Positions 49,724-59,928 of a stretch of DNA of 64,000 nt are shown in pieces. The translations under genes were made by a program, and so were the position numbers. The DNA is from Candidatus Multivoradales bacterium (lineage in GTDB: Bacteria; Acidobacteriota; Thermoanaerobaculia; Multivoradales; JAHEKO01). The notes under the pieces are model-generated. The model did not search any database. It was given only the letters and a program-made list of their open reading frames with translations, and had not been told where the DNA came from. The first letter of the stretch is position 1. Each line of letters opens with the position of its first letter. The DNA is taken from the NCBI GenBank assembly GCA_965248055.1, contig CBDFIJ010000004.1, forward strand, positions 1,600,001-1,664,000, written 5' to 3'.

Positions 49724-51658
49724 TTAACCGCCGATGACCAAAAGCTCCCTCAAATCATATATCTGGTGAATATTCTCCGATTGATACGCCGATAACCGCT
49801 GCCGATGAAATGGCATGGAGACAGCCTCCATCTCTGCCTTCTCGGCATCTTTGAAACGTCCCAGCTCAGCGTAAATCATCCCCATAGTGACGGCGACTTC
49901 AGAAGTTGCGTCGTCCGTGTAGTGAGCGGTCATAATGTCGAGCGCTCGCTGCTCGTCGCGAGCCGAAGACTCAGCGACCAGCAGCCGAGCCAATTGATGG
50001 GCCACTAGTCCATTGTCTGGCAACAGCTCAGCCGCCACTTCAAGTGTTGCAATAGCCCCCGCTGGATCTTGTGACATGACCATCGCAGCGGCACGGCGCA
50101 AATGAGCCGCTGGGTTAGATGGCTGATCTGCAATCACTTGCTGGTATTGCTCAATGGCTTCCGAATAGCGACCCATGTGGGCCAGAAGGTCTGCCAAACG
50201 GAATCGGGATGAGGTGAGGGTACGGTCTTGCTGCAACCCTTCCAAGAGCGCTGTTATCGCTCGGTCCAACTGCTGATGGCGTACGAAAAATTCCGCCAAT
50301 CCTCTTTGGATCAAAGCGACTCCTCGACTGTCCGAGGACTGCTCCGTTGCTGCCTCCAGAATTTCCAAGGCTCGAGCGAGATCCCCCTCGATCTCACTGG
50401 CTTCGGCCAATCTCACGTACGCAGTCGCCTGCGAAGGATCCAATCCCACAACCCTATTGAGAGCGTCGCGAGCTTCCTGAGTCTTGCCGAGGTTGAGAAG
50501 CGCGGTACCTCGCTTAAGCAACGCTTCAACATTGTTCGGTCTAGCAGCCAATACGTGATCATACCTACCTACCGCTTCCAGGTACTTGCCGGCACGCGCC
50601 TCGAGATTCCCCAACTTAAGGTGCGAAGAAATCAGCTCGACATCAAGTTCCAGGGAGCGCAAGAAATTTCCCCTCGCCATAGAATCTCGATCCAGATAAA
50701 CCCGTAACCCACCGAGTGCGTAATGCAGCCGCGCCCGCAAACGGCGACTATCAGGATCGTCTGTTTTCTCTAGCTCACCCAGATCATCCACGAGGACCTC
50801 TTGGCTCCCCTGCACGTCACCAAATTGAGTCAACGCAAAGCCAAGCAGTTCATCAGCAGTTACCGTATCTTCATCCCCAGCCATCGATAGTAGCGCCTGG
50901 TAGGCGGCCAACAGACGTACTTCTCCGAGGGCTTTGCTCGTGGGGTCATCAAACACCACGCTCTGACGCCCACGAAGTTGTAACTGTCGGTCCGCTTCTT
51001 CGATTTCCCCGCTGGCTCTGATAGCTTGCGACAAAGGCACTCGAATCGCCGACGCCGATGGCTGAAGTCTTAGCGCTTGGCGAAAGGCCATAATCGCCTC
51101 TTGCTCATCATTCAACGCCAACCGGATTTGCCCCAGACCGAAGTACGCCTCCGCGGAAGGGGACAAAGCCAAGGCTTTCGAGTAACTTGCGAGCGCATCT
51201 CGTGTATCTCCAGAAGCCCTTTGAACATCGCCGAGGCGAACCCACGCGTGAGCGGCTTTGGAATCCAGGGCCACAGCGTTGCGGAATTTTTCTTTCGCTT
51301 GATCAACATCGCCTAGAAATTCGCTTACTCGCCCAGAAAAATATGGCCAACGAAATTCTTGAGGGGCGAGCTTGGCAGCTTGATCATAGGCTTCTCGAGC
51401 CGCGTCGCGCAGGTCGAACGCATGGAGAACTTGGCCGTAGTCACCAAAGGCAGCGGCCAAATCCCCATCCGTGGTGTTGGGGTTCGCTAACTGCTGTTCG
51501 ACGTCCGCGTGAACTCCAAGCAACCAATCTCGTAGCGACGGCTCCAATTGGGCCGTATTTGGCATCGGCACAGCCAGAGAAGAACGATCCAAAGGATTGT
51601 CACTGCAAGCTGCGACAACCAAAGCCCCGGACAGGATAAGCGCCCCCAGTCGTCGCAC
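49724..51658 (-). CDS. TPR-repeat lipoprotein
   Basis: Lipobox VAAC; multiple TPR units; start overlaps the CRTAC1 stop. Confidence 0.85.
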   Translation of the reverse strand: MRRLGALILSGALVVAACSDNPLDRSSLAVPMPNTAQLEPSLRDWLLGVHADVEQQLANPNTTDGDLAAAFGDYGQVLHAFDLRDAAREAYDQAAKLAPQEFRWPYFSGRVSEFLGDVDQAKEKFRNAVALDSKAAHAWVRLGDVQRASGDTRDALASYSKALALSPSAEAYFGLGQIRLALNDEQEAIMAFRQALRLQPSASAIRVPLSQAIRASGEIEEADRQLQLRGRQSVVFDDPTSKALGEVRLLAAYQALLSMAGDEDTVTADELLGFALTQFGDVQGSQEVLVDDLGELEKTDDPDSRRLRARLHYALGGLRVYLDRDSMARGNFLRSLELDVELISSHLKLGNLEARAGKYLEAVGRYDHVLAARPNNVEALLKRGTALLNLGKTQEARDALNRVVGLDPSQATAYVRLAEASEIEGDLARALEILEAATEQSSDSRGVALIQRGLAEFFVRHQQLDRAITALLEGLQQDRTLTSSRFRLADLLAHMGRYSEAIEQYQQVIADQPSNPAAHLRRAAAMVMSQDPAGAIATLEVAAELLPDNGLVAHQLARLLVAESSARDEQRALDIMTAHYTDDATSEVAVTMGMIYAELGRFKDAEKAEMEAVSMPFHRQRLSAYQSENIHQIYDLRELLVIGG

Positions 51659-53397
51659 TAGGAGCCCGCCTGGCGTCCAGTGCCCTCTTGAATCACTTGA
51701 TAAGAGCGCAACTGAAGGTTATCGAACTCCTCCACGAGTCCGCTGACCCAACGCACCGTAAGACTTACTGTTCGATGTTCACCAAGACCGAAAAGCAATC
51801 TTGGGTCACTGGAGGACGCAAATGACTCAGTGGTGTGGACAGTTCGCACCAACGACGACTGATCTTCCAAGTGCAGTATCGCGCGTGCACCAATCGCATC
51901 CCGCACCGCCGAGTCAGCTCCTGCGGTGACCACCCGAAAACCGATCCAGGCCTGATCTTGTCCGACTTGGTTAATCAGTAACTCAACAGGACCGTTGTTG
52001 TTCAGAATTAGCACATCAGTATCGCCATCGTTATCCACGTCGCCTGCCGCTGCTCCTCGACTCACTTCGAGGTTGGCAAACGCAGGTCCGGCTTGATCAG
52101 AAACTTCACGAAACTCTCCTAATCCGCTATTTTGAAACAGTTGATTGCGCATGCGAAGCGGATAGAGAACACCATTTGTCGCCTGTTCTTCTACAATCTG
52201 TACTGCACCGTTTGCAGTCAAGATGTCGAGATCACCGTCGTTATCAAAATCCAAAGCCAGAGCCCCAAAACCGGTGGCCCATTTGGAAGCCGCCGCCATC
52301 CCAGCCCCGATGGTCGCGTCCCTGAAGTTTCCTGATCCGTCATTCTGATACAGCGTATGGGTTTCTCCAGCCAAGTGCGCCATTACCAAGTCGAGATCGC
52401 CATCTGAGTCCAAATCGCCGGAAACAACACCCATACTTGCTTCGGCCTGTCCTTCAGAGTTCAGAGCGGCTCCGCGCACCAAGGACTGATCGTCAAAAGT
52501 GCCATCGCCTCGATTCATCCACAACTGGTTGGGCCTGCCATCATTGGCCACATAGAGATCCAACCAACCGTCGGAATCAGCATCCAGAAACACAGAGCCG
52601 AGAGCCGAGCCAAAGGACTGATTGAGGCCTGCCGACCTAGTCACGTCCTCAAACTCCTCTCCCCGACGATTGTGAAACAGGCGATCACTCAGCTCCGTGT
52701 AAGCAAGTGGCCCACAGTAGTCACGCGCACCGGTGACCCGAAAGCACTGTTTGGGGTTGTCGATCTCCAAGTCCACGTAGTTACCGACGAACAAATCCAG
52801 CCATCCGTCGCGATCGAAATCGAAAACACTAGCAGGCACCGACCAACGCACATCTCCCGCATTCCAGCCCACCGTCGCATCGACAAACTTACCGTCCGGC
52901 CCGCCAAGAAGAAGGCTGTTTTCTTGAAGTCCTGTCAGATATAAGTCAACATATCCATCGTTGTTGAAATCTCCGCTAGCCACACCCATTCCATAGCCAC
53001 GAAGGTCTAGCTCAACCTCTTCCGTGATGTCGACAAATCGAAGTCCCCGGTCGTCCGATCGATTTTCAAACAACCGGTCTCGTGGCGGGCCATCGTCTGA
53101 AAACGTGAACTCCGCTTCTTCTGGGCTACGTCCCGGGGGCAACATGGATCCCTGGGTCAAATAAAGATCGAGGTCACCATCATTGTCGTAGTCGAGCATC
53201 GCGCAACCACCTGCAGTTACCTCGGCCAAATAGAAATCTCCAGCGGCCCCGTGGAAATGGTCAAAGTTCAATCCTGACTCTTTAGCCATATCCAAAAATA
53301 GCGGCTGATTGGTGGGAGCCTCAGTTTGATTCAAGATCCTCTGATCACTGCAGGCAACGAGGACAAGAATCAGGGATAAGGGCGCGCAGGGCATCAT
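51658..53397 (-). CDS. CRTAC1 family protein (FG-GAP/VCBS repeats plus ASPIC/UnbV)
   Basis: Repeated DxDxDGxLDL; C-terminal DAIGAR..LLFGLG..VRWVSG; lipobox LVAC. Confidence 0.92.
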   Translation of the reverse strand: MMPCAPLSLILVLVACSDQRILNQTEAPTNQPLFLDMAKESGLNFDHFHGAAGDFYLAEVTAGGCAMLDYDNDGDLDLYLTQGSMLPPGRSPEEAEFTFSDDGPPRDRLFENRSDDRGLRFVDITEEVELDLRGYGMGVASGDFNNDGYVDLYLTGLQENSLLLGGPDGKFVDATVGWNAGDVRWSVPASVFDFDRDGWLDLFVGNYVDLEIDNPKQCFRVTGARDYCGPLAYTELSDRLFHNRRGEEFEDVTRSAGLNQSFGSALGSVFLDADSDGWLDLYVANDGRPNQLWMNRGDGTFDDQSLVRGAALNSEGQAEASMGVVSGDLDSDGDLDLVMAHLAGETHTLYQNDGSGNFRDATIGAGMAAASKWATGFGALALDFDNDGDLDILTANGAVQIVEEQATNGVLYPLRMRNQLFQNSGLGEFREVSDQAGPAFANLEVSRGAAAGDVDNDGDTDVLILNNNGPVELLINQVGQDQAWIGFRVVTAGADSAVRDAIGARAILHLEDQSSLVRTVHTTESFASSSDPRLLFGLGEHRTVSLTVRWVSGLVEEFDNLQLRSYQVIQEGTGRQAGS

Positions 53398-53418
53398 ATT
53401 GGCGAGCTTACAGCAGAC

Positions 53419-53446
53419 AAAAAAAAGCCCCCGCGAACGGGGGCCC
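53419..53446 (-). terminator. Intrinsic terminator after the TonB receptor
   Basis: GCCCCC-GTTCGC-GGGGGC followed by a T8 tract. Confidence 0.85.
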
Positions 53447-53469
53447 TTTGAATGCAGTTGAACCGTCGA

Positions 53470-56400
53470 CTAGCGAGGATTCCAGCGAAACCCCACCGAA
53501 ATCTGGAACTCCCGCACATTTTGTAAATCGTCCTCCTCGGTGGCTTTACCGAAGTTGGAGCCCTTGCGCCAATGCGTGCCTTCAACCGGAGTTTCCGTAA
53601 AGGGATTCCAGGTTGACAGCGTTGAGGTTTCAAATCCGGTGGTTACCGAGGTATTCGGATCATCAACCGCATCCTCGTTAAAGAGGTTGGTTACCGAAGG
53701 GATCACAAAGACCGAGAAACGACCGAAGTCCACACTGTAGTTGAACTGAAGATCGGTGCGAGTCACGTCATCCGTAGTGAAGGCACCACGGCCACCGAAG
53801 TAGTAATCTAAGTCGCCTGGCGGGGTGATGTAGCCAGGGTTAGTCACGTAGGGACGTGGGTCCACGGTGCCGATCGCACTGTACGGTTGCCCACTGAGGA
53901 AACTCTGCAACATGCTAACGCTCACGTTGTGGCGGTCGTTGCTGAAAAGGTCATAGATGGCCCAGACGCGCGCACGAAAGCGCTGATCGTTGCTGAGATC
54001 ACCGGTAGGAGAATTCTCGGCAAAACGGTACTCTGGGTAGCTAGTCAAAGAGCTGTCCGAGATAGCCCCCGAGCCGCTGGTCTCGCCGTTGAGGTTACCG
54101 TAAAGGTGAGAAACCGTTGCGTTCGCCCCTACCCGTAGCTTGCCGTCGAGAAAGCGTAAATTGGTAATTACCGATGCGCCATAGTAGTCCCGATTGGCAA
54201 TACTGTCGTTATTAACGATCAGCCCCTTGTCGAACGGAGCACCGGTTTCGGTGGTTCCTTGGCCAGTGCCAAGATCAACTCTCTCCAAAAGGAAATCACC
54301 GAACTCGCGCGCTGAGAGGTCAACTCGAATCCCACCATAAGTTCCAATATTGGTCTGATAACCGAGGGAGAACTCGGTTGCCGTAGTCGAACCAAGTCCG
54401 GTATCCAGCAGGGTTGTCGCACCAGGAATATCGACGTCAAACAGGAACGGGCAGGAGAACGGATCTGCGAGCGCATTCGGGCAGACATCAAAAAACCAAC
54501 TAAAGACCTTCTGGTTAAAGGTCACCGGATCAAAGAAACCGGAGTCGGGGCCGAAATAGTCGAAACCGAACTGCGCGGGACTTCCAGCCGGCGAAGAAGA
54601 ATTGAAAACACCACCTGCAGCGTGGCCAACATACTGGCCGACAAATGCATGTAGGACATGTTCGCCGTCGCCCTTGAGGTCGTAGGTGGCGCCAATACGA
54701 GGACTGACGGCACTGTTCTTAGCTACCTGCAGGCCAAGCGAATTAACCGCATCCAGTTCGTCGAAACGGGCCCCCAAGCTGACACTCAAGCGATCATTGA
54801 CCCGCCACGAATCATTGACGAAGGCGGATTGGGTTTCGAACGCTGTGCCTTGGGTGGGATTCAAGATTGGCAAATACTGAATGGTTGTCGCTCCGGGAAG
54901 CAATAGCGGGAAAACCTTGTCGCCGACAATCTGTGATTCGGCGAAATTCCAAATCATCAAGTCGTTGGGCGACTGATGGTTATCCGCAGCGCGAATGTCC
55001 GTGAAGCTCTCCACGCCGAAAGCCAAATCGTGCGACCCTTGGTCCCCGGCTAGAAAATAAGAGCCCTTGCCGAACCAAGTTTCATTGGAACGTTCTTCGG
55101 GAATACAACCATCGACCTTGGTGTCGTCGCAGAACAAGGATTCGTTGACGATGATGTTGTTGACCAAGTCCCAAACTGGAGTGCCGGTGTCGATTGCATC
55201 GTCACCACCGCCACTGCCTTCAAAGAAAAACTGACGATCAGTTACCCGAGCTTCGACGAAGAAGTTAGGGGTCAAAACCCCAGTGTAACTAAGAACGTTC
55301 AACTCCTGCGGTAGAGAACGAACATCATCCAGCGACCCATCGTCGATGGTGGCCAAGAAATTACTAAGACCACCGTGTGGCACGCCAGTTTGGTCGTTTT
55401 CGATCTCAGTATACCCAGCCTGTAACTGGTGCTTCTCGGTCATGCCCAAAGTGAGTTTTCCACTCAGGCGCGAGTTGTCGGTGCCGGTGGGATAAGAAAT
55501 ATTGAGAAAACTGGTGCCAGTACCCTCGGTCGAGCGATCCCGTCCAGCGGCAAAAAACCACAATTTGTCGCGCATAATCCGGCCACCCAAGGTGGCTTCG
55601 AGCGTGTGATTCAGCGTGTCCTCACGCGTTTCTGGCGAAAAATCATTCTTGCCTAGCCAGTCTTCATTGTCGAAAGTCGTGCGGATCGAGCCCTCAAAGT
55701 TATTACCACCCGACTTCGAGATCGCATTCACCACGCCGCCAGTGAAACGACCGTACTCAGCCGAAATAGCGCCGGTCTGAATCGTGGTCTCTTGAATTTC
55801 ATCTTCGATGAACAACTCAAATTCTTGTCCGCGGATGTTCTCATTCAGAACCACTCCGTTGAGCGTGTAGAGGTTGTCCCAAGACTGAGCGCCATTGATT
55901 GAATCACCGTTGACTCCAGTGGCGACCCCTGGAGACAGGGCGACCGCATTTCCAAGCGCCCGACCGACGGGAAGAGCATCCAACTCTTCAGATGTTATGG
56001 TAGACGATTTAGTACTGGTCTGGGAAATAGCTTGGGTCGCCTCCCCGGTAACCACGATCTCCTCTGAAATCGACCCAGAACCCAGGATCACATCCATGGG
56101 TAATGTCTGTGCTGCATTTACCTTCACCCGTTGGGTGGCAGCCTGAAATCCTTCCAATTGGAAGGTCACTTCGTATTCGCCAGGAGGCAGTGGTGGCGAA
56201 GCAAAGCCACCGTTGCTTTCGCTGACAATGACTCTGGAACCTTGTAGATTGTCTGACTCCAGGGTAATGGTCACCCCAGGCAAGCCAGCGTCATCTGAGT
56301 CGGAAATGTTTCCGGTTATCCGACCGGTACTCTGAGCCGCCAGCGGCATGGCAATGAGCGCCACCGCAAACAAACTCATCAGGAAAAACTTGAGCTTCAT
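53470..56400 (-). CDS. Oar-like TonB-dependent receptor with N-terminal carboxypeptidase-regulatory-like domain
   Basis: Signal peptide; LPPGEY; EEIVVTG; AEYGRFTGGVVNAISKSGGN; PRIGATYD; C-terminal beta strand. Confidence 0.92.
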   Translation of the reverse strand: MKLKFFLMSLFAVALIAMPLAAQSTGRITGNISDSDDAGLPGVTITLESDNLQGSRVIVSESNGGFASPPLPPGEYEVTFQLEGFQAATQRVKVNAAQTLPMDVILGSGSISEEIVVTGEATQAISQTSTKSSTITSEELDALPVGRALGNAVALSPGVATGVNGDSINGAQSWDNLYTLNGVVLNENIRGQEFELFIEDEIQETTIQTGAISAEYGRFTGGVVNAISKSGGNNFEGSIRTTFDNEDWLGKNDFSPETREDTLNHTLEATLGGRIMRDKLWFFAAGRDRSTEGTGTSFLNISYPTGTDNSRLSGKLTLGMTEKHQLQAGYTEIENDQTGVPHGGLSNFLATIDDGSLDDVRSLPQELNVLSYTGVLTPNFFVEARVTDRQFFFEGSGGGDDAIDTGTPVWDLVNNIIVNESLFCDDTKVDGCIPEERSNETWFGKGSYFLAGDQGSHDLAFGVESFTDIRAADNHQSPNDLMIWNFAESQIVGDKVFPLLLPGATTIQYLPILNPTQGTAFETQSAFVNDSWRVNDRLSVSLGARFDELDAVNSLGLQVAKNSAVSPRIGATYDLKGDGEHVLHAFVGQYVGHAAGGVFNSSSPAGSPAQFGFDYFGPDSGFFDPVTFNQKVFSWFFDVCPNALADPFSCPFLFDVDIPGATTLLDTGLGSTTATEFSLGYQTNIGTYGGIRVDLSAREFGDFLLERVDLGTGQGTTETGAPFDKGLIVNNDSIANRDYYGASVITNLRFLDGKLRVGANATVSHLYGNLNGETSGSGAISDSSLTSYPEYRFAENSPTGDLSNDQRFRARVWAIYDLFSNDRHNVSVSMLQSFLSGQPYSAIGTVDPRPYVTNPGYITPPGDLDYYFGGRGAFTTDDVTRTDLQFNYSVDFGRFSVFVIPSVTNLFNEDAVDDPNTSVTTGFETSTLSTWNPFTETPVEGTHWRKGSNFGKATEEDDLQNVREFQISVGFRWNPR

Positions 56401-56494
56401 GAACTACCTCCCAGTACGTTGTTTAAGTTTAGGTGATACTTCCAAGCGACCCTGGTCGGCGATTGGAAGCAATACATACATATAATTTAATAAA

Positions 56495-56510
56495 AGCAAA
56501 CGTAATGCCG
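56495..56510 (-). promoter_or_regulatory. sigma54 (-24/-12) promoter for the TonB receptor
   Basis: CGGCAT-TACGT-TTGCT (GG-N10-GC) 95 bp upstream of ATG in an AT-rich spacer. Confidence 0.7.
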
Positions 56511-56669
56511 ATCATCAGCAATAAAGCGAACTCCCCAGACAACCTACTAATCGCCGGTAAAGCTTTGTATCCGTTCGTTTTACGATTAAAGCAAACAACG
56601 GCCTCGGAACGCAATTTATGGACCGATCGCTACTTCGGTTCAATCCATTGGAAGCTGTAGTTCAATGGG

Positions 56670-58610
56670 TTGGATTATCCGTTGCTACGGTGGAGCCAAC
56701 CGCGCCCAAAAGCCCCTATGATTAAATCAACTATGAGTATCTCACACCACCAATCATACCCAACTCCCTGGATCTTCATTTTGATAATCAGTTGCTCACA
56801 ACAGTGGACACCTCCGGAAATATCCCTCGTGGGAGCATCTAGGTCTACTCAACAGCGCGTCGAACGGGCTCGCTCACTCGCGGGGCCGGGCGCTGCTAAG
56901 CAAATTGCTGATCTCGGTGACCTCTATTTTGCCTTGGGCTACTCGGGGGCTGCAGGGGCCTGCTACCGCCGTTCTTTTGCTCTACAACCGAATATTGAGA
57001 GCGGTTTTCTAGCCGCGAGCACAACCAGGGAGTCCGGAGACACAGCGACCGCTGAAACCTACTTTCACAGGGTCTTGGATTTAGATGCAAAGCACAAGTC
57101 TTCACGTTTGAGCCTCGCTGAGATGCTGCTCGAGAACCATAAACTGGAACTCTCCATCGAGAGCTATCGCCACGTGTTATCTGATTACCCAGGCGATCCT
57201 CAAGCATTAGTTGGACTGGGGCGTGCCTTGCTAGCAGCGGGCCGTGGAGATGAAGCCGCGACAGCTTTGGTGGAGGTCTTGCGCCTAAGACCTCACGCCA
57301 CCTCGGTCCATGCGTCCATTGCCGAAGCCTATCGAGCTATTGGCCGCCCAGACCTTGCTCGTGGTCACCTCACCAAAGCCGGACCTGGGGCCATCATGAG
57401 CGACGACTTGATCCTGGCGCGAGTTGGACGGCTCCGCATTGAGCTAATCGGGGAAACCGTTATCGCGCTGTCAGAGCAGGAGACCGTATCAGCTGAGGAT
57501 GTCGCCGGGTTCACGGTGGCGCAGCTGGGTCCGGTACCAGGAGCGGTTGCTGGTCTCAAGCAGATCGCCCCAAAACTTGTATCAAATTCTGGCCAGCACT
57601 CCGCTCGATTTTGGTTTGCGGTGGGCGCCCTCGCGGACCGACAAGGAAACCCTAATGAAGCCGAAGCGGCCTATGGTCAGGCGATCAATGAAGACCCAAG
57701 GTTGAGTTCCGCCAAACTACGCCGAGCACAAGCGCTGGTTAAGTTGGAGCGCTGGGATGACGCGGCCGCGTTATTCAAAGAGCTTCCATCACTGGATACC
57801 AAACACATTCGTGATTATGCGTCCACCTTGGCACAAACCGACGAACTCAGTCCCGCTGCGTCGCTCTTGCAAAACGCGATCGACAACTCTCCTCAGCAAC
57901 GCGACCGCGAGCAGCTCCAGCTCGATCTGGCTGACGTTCAACTGGCTCTAGGACAGACCGTGAGCGGGCTGCGATTGTATCAGCAAGTAACGGAAAGTTC
58001 CGACCCGATCCTGGCCGCGTCCGCATGGATGTCTTTAGGGGAACAGCAACGCACACAAAATAACTACGCATCTGCAATTGACGCATTTGGTAGAGCGATC
58101 GAATCTTCACCCAAGTGGTTAAATCCCCGGTACTCCCTTGCCGCTACTTTGGCGCAACTTCGTCGTTTCAATGACGCTTCTCTGCAGTACCGAAAGATCG
58201 TTGAACTGCAGCCTACGGAAGAAACAGCATGGCTGGGTGCGGCGACCGCAAAGGTATTGGGCGGAGCGGACCCAAAACAAACCACCGATCTATTAGCCTC
58301 TGCCCTGGATGCCCTGCCACAAAGTACTCGCCTTCGAGCGGCTCTGGCTAGACACCTTGTTGTCACCTCAGCGATAACCCCGCCCGAGGACGCCGTACAA
58401 GCCCTTGAGCTCGCCCAGGGATTGATCAACCTAAATCGGTCAACTGAAAACCTGGAAACCAAAGCAATGGCGCTGGCAGCCCTAGGTCGCTTCGCGGAAG
58501 CCATCGCTACTCAAGAGGAACTCCTGGTCAACGCCACCGAATCCGACACCGGTCGCCTGGAGGCAAACCTAGCTCGATACCGTCGGCAGCAACCATGCTG
58601 CCGCAACTGA
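56670..58610 (+). CDS. TPR-repeat protein, probable lipoprotein (start probably 56718 or 56733)
   Basis: IISC lipobox-like sequence; TPR units; paralogous to 49724-51658. Confidence 0.82.
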   Translation: MDYPLLRWSQPRPKAPMIKSTMSISHHQSYPTPWIFILIISCSQQWTPPEISLVGASRSTQQRVERARSLAGPGAAKQIADLGDLYFALGYSGAAGACYRRSFALQPNIESGFLAASTTRESGDTATAETYFHRVLDLDAKHKSSRLSLAEMLLENHKLELSIESYRHVLSDYPGDPQALVGLGRALLAAGRGDEAATALVEVLRLRPHATSVHASIAEAYRAIGRPDLARGHLTKAGPGAIMSDDLILARVGRLRIELIGETVIALSEQETVSAEDVAGFTVAQLGPVPGAVAGLKQIAPKLVSNSGQHSARFWFAVGALADRQGNPNEAEAAYGQAINEDPRLSSAKLRRAQALVKLERWDDAAALFKELPSLDTKHIRDYASTLAQTDELSPAASLLQNAIDNSPQQRDREQLQLDLADVQLALGQTVSGLRLYQQVTESSDPILAASAWMSLGEQQRTQNNYASAIDAFGRAIESSPKWLNPRYSLAATLAQLRRFNDASLQYRKIVELQPTEETAWLGAATAKVLGGADPKQTTDLLASALDALPQSTRLRAALARHLVVTSAITPPEDAVQALELAQGLINLNRSTENLETKAMALAALGRFAEAIATQEELLVNATESDTGRLEANLARYRRQQPCCRN

Positions 58611-58618
58611 ATCGCCTA

Positions 58619-59872
58619 CTACTGCAGGTATCCGAGCATCGCTTCCGCGTTGCCCGCTTCTGGATGGTCAGGAGACAGTTCCAAGAAGCGAGCAAGTAGT
58701 TTCTTCGCCTCTCCCGTCTTACCTTCTCCTACGTAGGCAACCCCCAAATGAAAATTGGCCTCCGCGTTGTCTGGGTCCAATGTCACTGCCTGTTCAAGAA
58801 CTTCGACCGCGGCTTCTGTTTGGCCCTCTCTGAACAAACGTGCGCCTTCTTCCGTGAAGGTGATTGCCACCGAGGAAGGGTCGGCGTCGGCGAGCAGGCC
58901 GAACACCTTAGAAGCGTTCTCCGAGTCCCCAGTCTTGACATAGGCTCGATGCAGAATCGCGAGGGAAGAAACATTCCCAGGCTCTTGATCAAATACTTGC
59001 GAAGCAAGCGCAATTGCTTCCACGTAGTCTCCTTGTTGCTGTCGGACCTCCGCTAGCAACAGCCGGGCGGTCATGAGACTCGGATCGATGACAAGTGCTG
59101 ACTCCAAAGATACCCCAGCAGTCTCTAGGTCTTCCCCTTGAAAAAGCTGCACCGCGTTGTTGTATGCACGGGCAGCGGTATCCAGGGTCGGTTGGCCGGC
59201 TGCCAGTGCGGGCACCAGTGCGGCAGCATCGACATAACGACCCAAAGCGAACAATATGTCGAACATCAGCGTTAGTCCGACCGCGTCATTTGGTCTTTCC
59301 AGCAAGAAATTAGCTGCGTTCTCTAATGCCTCCGCATACTCTCCACGTTCGAGTGCAATCGAGGCAAGAATCTTCTTCGCATCAGCCAAATCCGGGGCTT
59401 CAACGAGCGCTTGTGTCATTTTTTTCCGTGCGGCCAGCTTATCCCCTTCGTTGTAGAGCTCAGCGCCTTTGTTGTACAAACGAATCGCTGGACTCCCTCC
59501 TTCCAATCGTTGAGCACCACCCCCCGAACTCGCGGTTGCGGAGCCTTCGGGAATCATCGTGAACACCTGTTGGAAGGTCTGTCCTGAACCAATCGTTATT
59601 TCGTTGGACAAAGACTGAAATCCCGCCAACGAGATAATGACTTGGTGTGGCACCGAACCGTTGACCACCCCGACCGTAAATCTACCTTTCTTGTTGCTAA
59701 CCCCGTCATACGTAGCTGAAGTCGAGAGATCCTCGACCGCAATCGTTGCTCCAGGAAGCGGATTTCCAGCCACGTCAACGATCTTTCCCGCCACGCGCCC
59801 TTGTGTCTGCCCCCACATCGTAGTTGCCACAAATACCATTCCCAAGGAATATCCAATGCAAGCTCTTTTCAT
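58619..59872 (-). CDS. Exported carboxypeptidase-regulatory-like plus TPR protein
   Basis: Signal peptide, GRVAGKIVDVAGNPLPGATI, TPRs. Confidence 0.85.
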   Translation of the reverse strand: MKRACIGYSLGMVFVATTMWGQTQGRVAGKIVDVAGNPLPGATIAVEDLSTSATYDGVSNKKGRFTVGVVNGSVPHQVIISLAGFQSLSNEITIGSGQTFQQVFTMIPEGSATASSGGGAQRLEGGSPAIRLYNKGAELYNEGDKLAARKKMTQALVEAPDLADAKKILASIALERGEYAEALENAANFLLERPNDAVGLTLMFDILFALGRYVDAAALVPALAAGQPTLDTAARAYNNAVQLFQGEDLETAGVSLESALVIDPSLMTARLLLAEVRQQQGDYVEAIALASQVFDQEPGNVSSLAILHRAYVKTGDSENASKVFGLLADADPSSVAITFTEEGARLFREGQTEAAVEVLEQAVTLDPDNAEANFHLGVAYVGEGKTGEAKKLLARFLELSPDHPEAGNAEAMLGYLQ

Positions 59873-59928
59873 GATTTCCTCCTTATCAAACAGGTAATTC
59901 TATTCGCCTCCGTTTTGCCGATAAGCAT

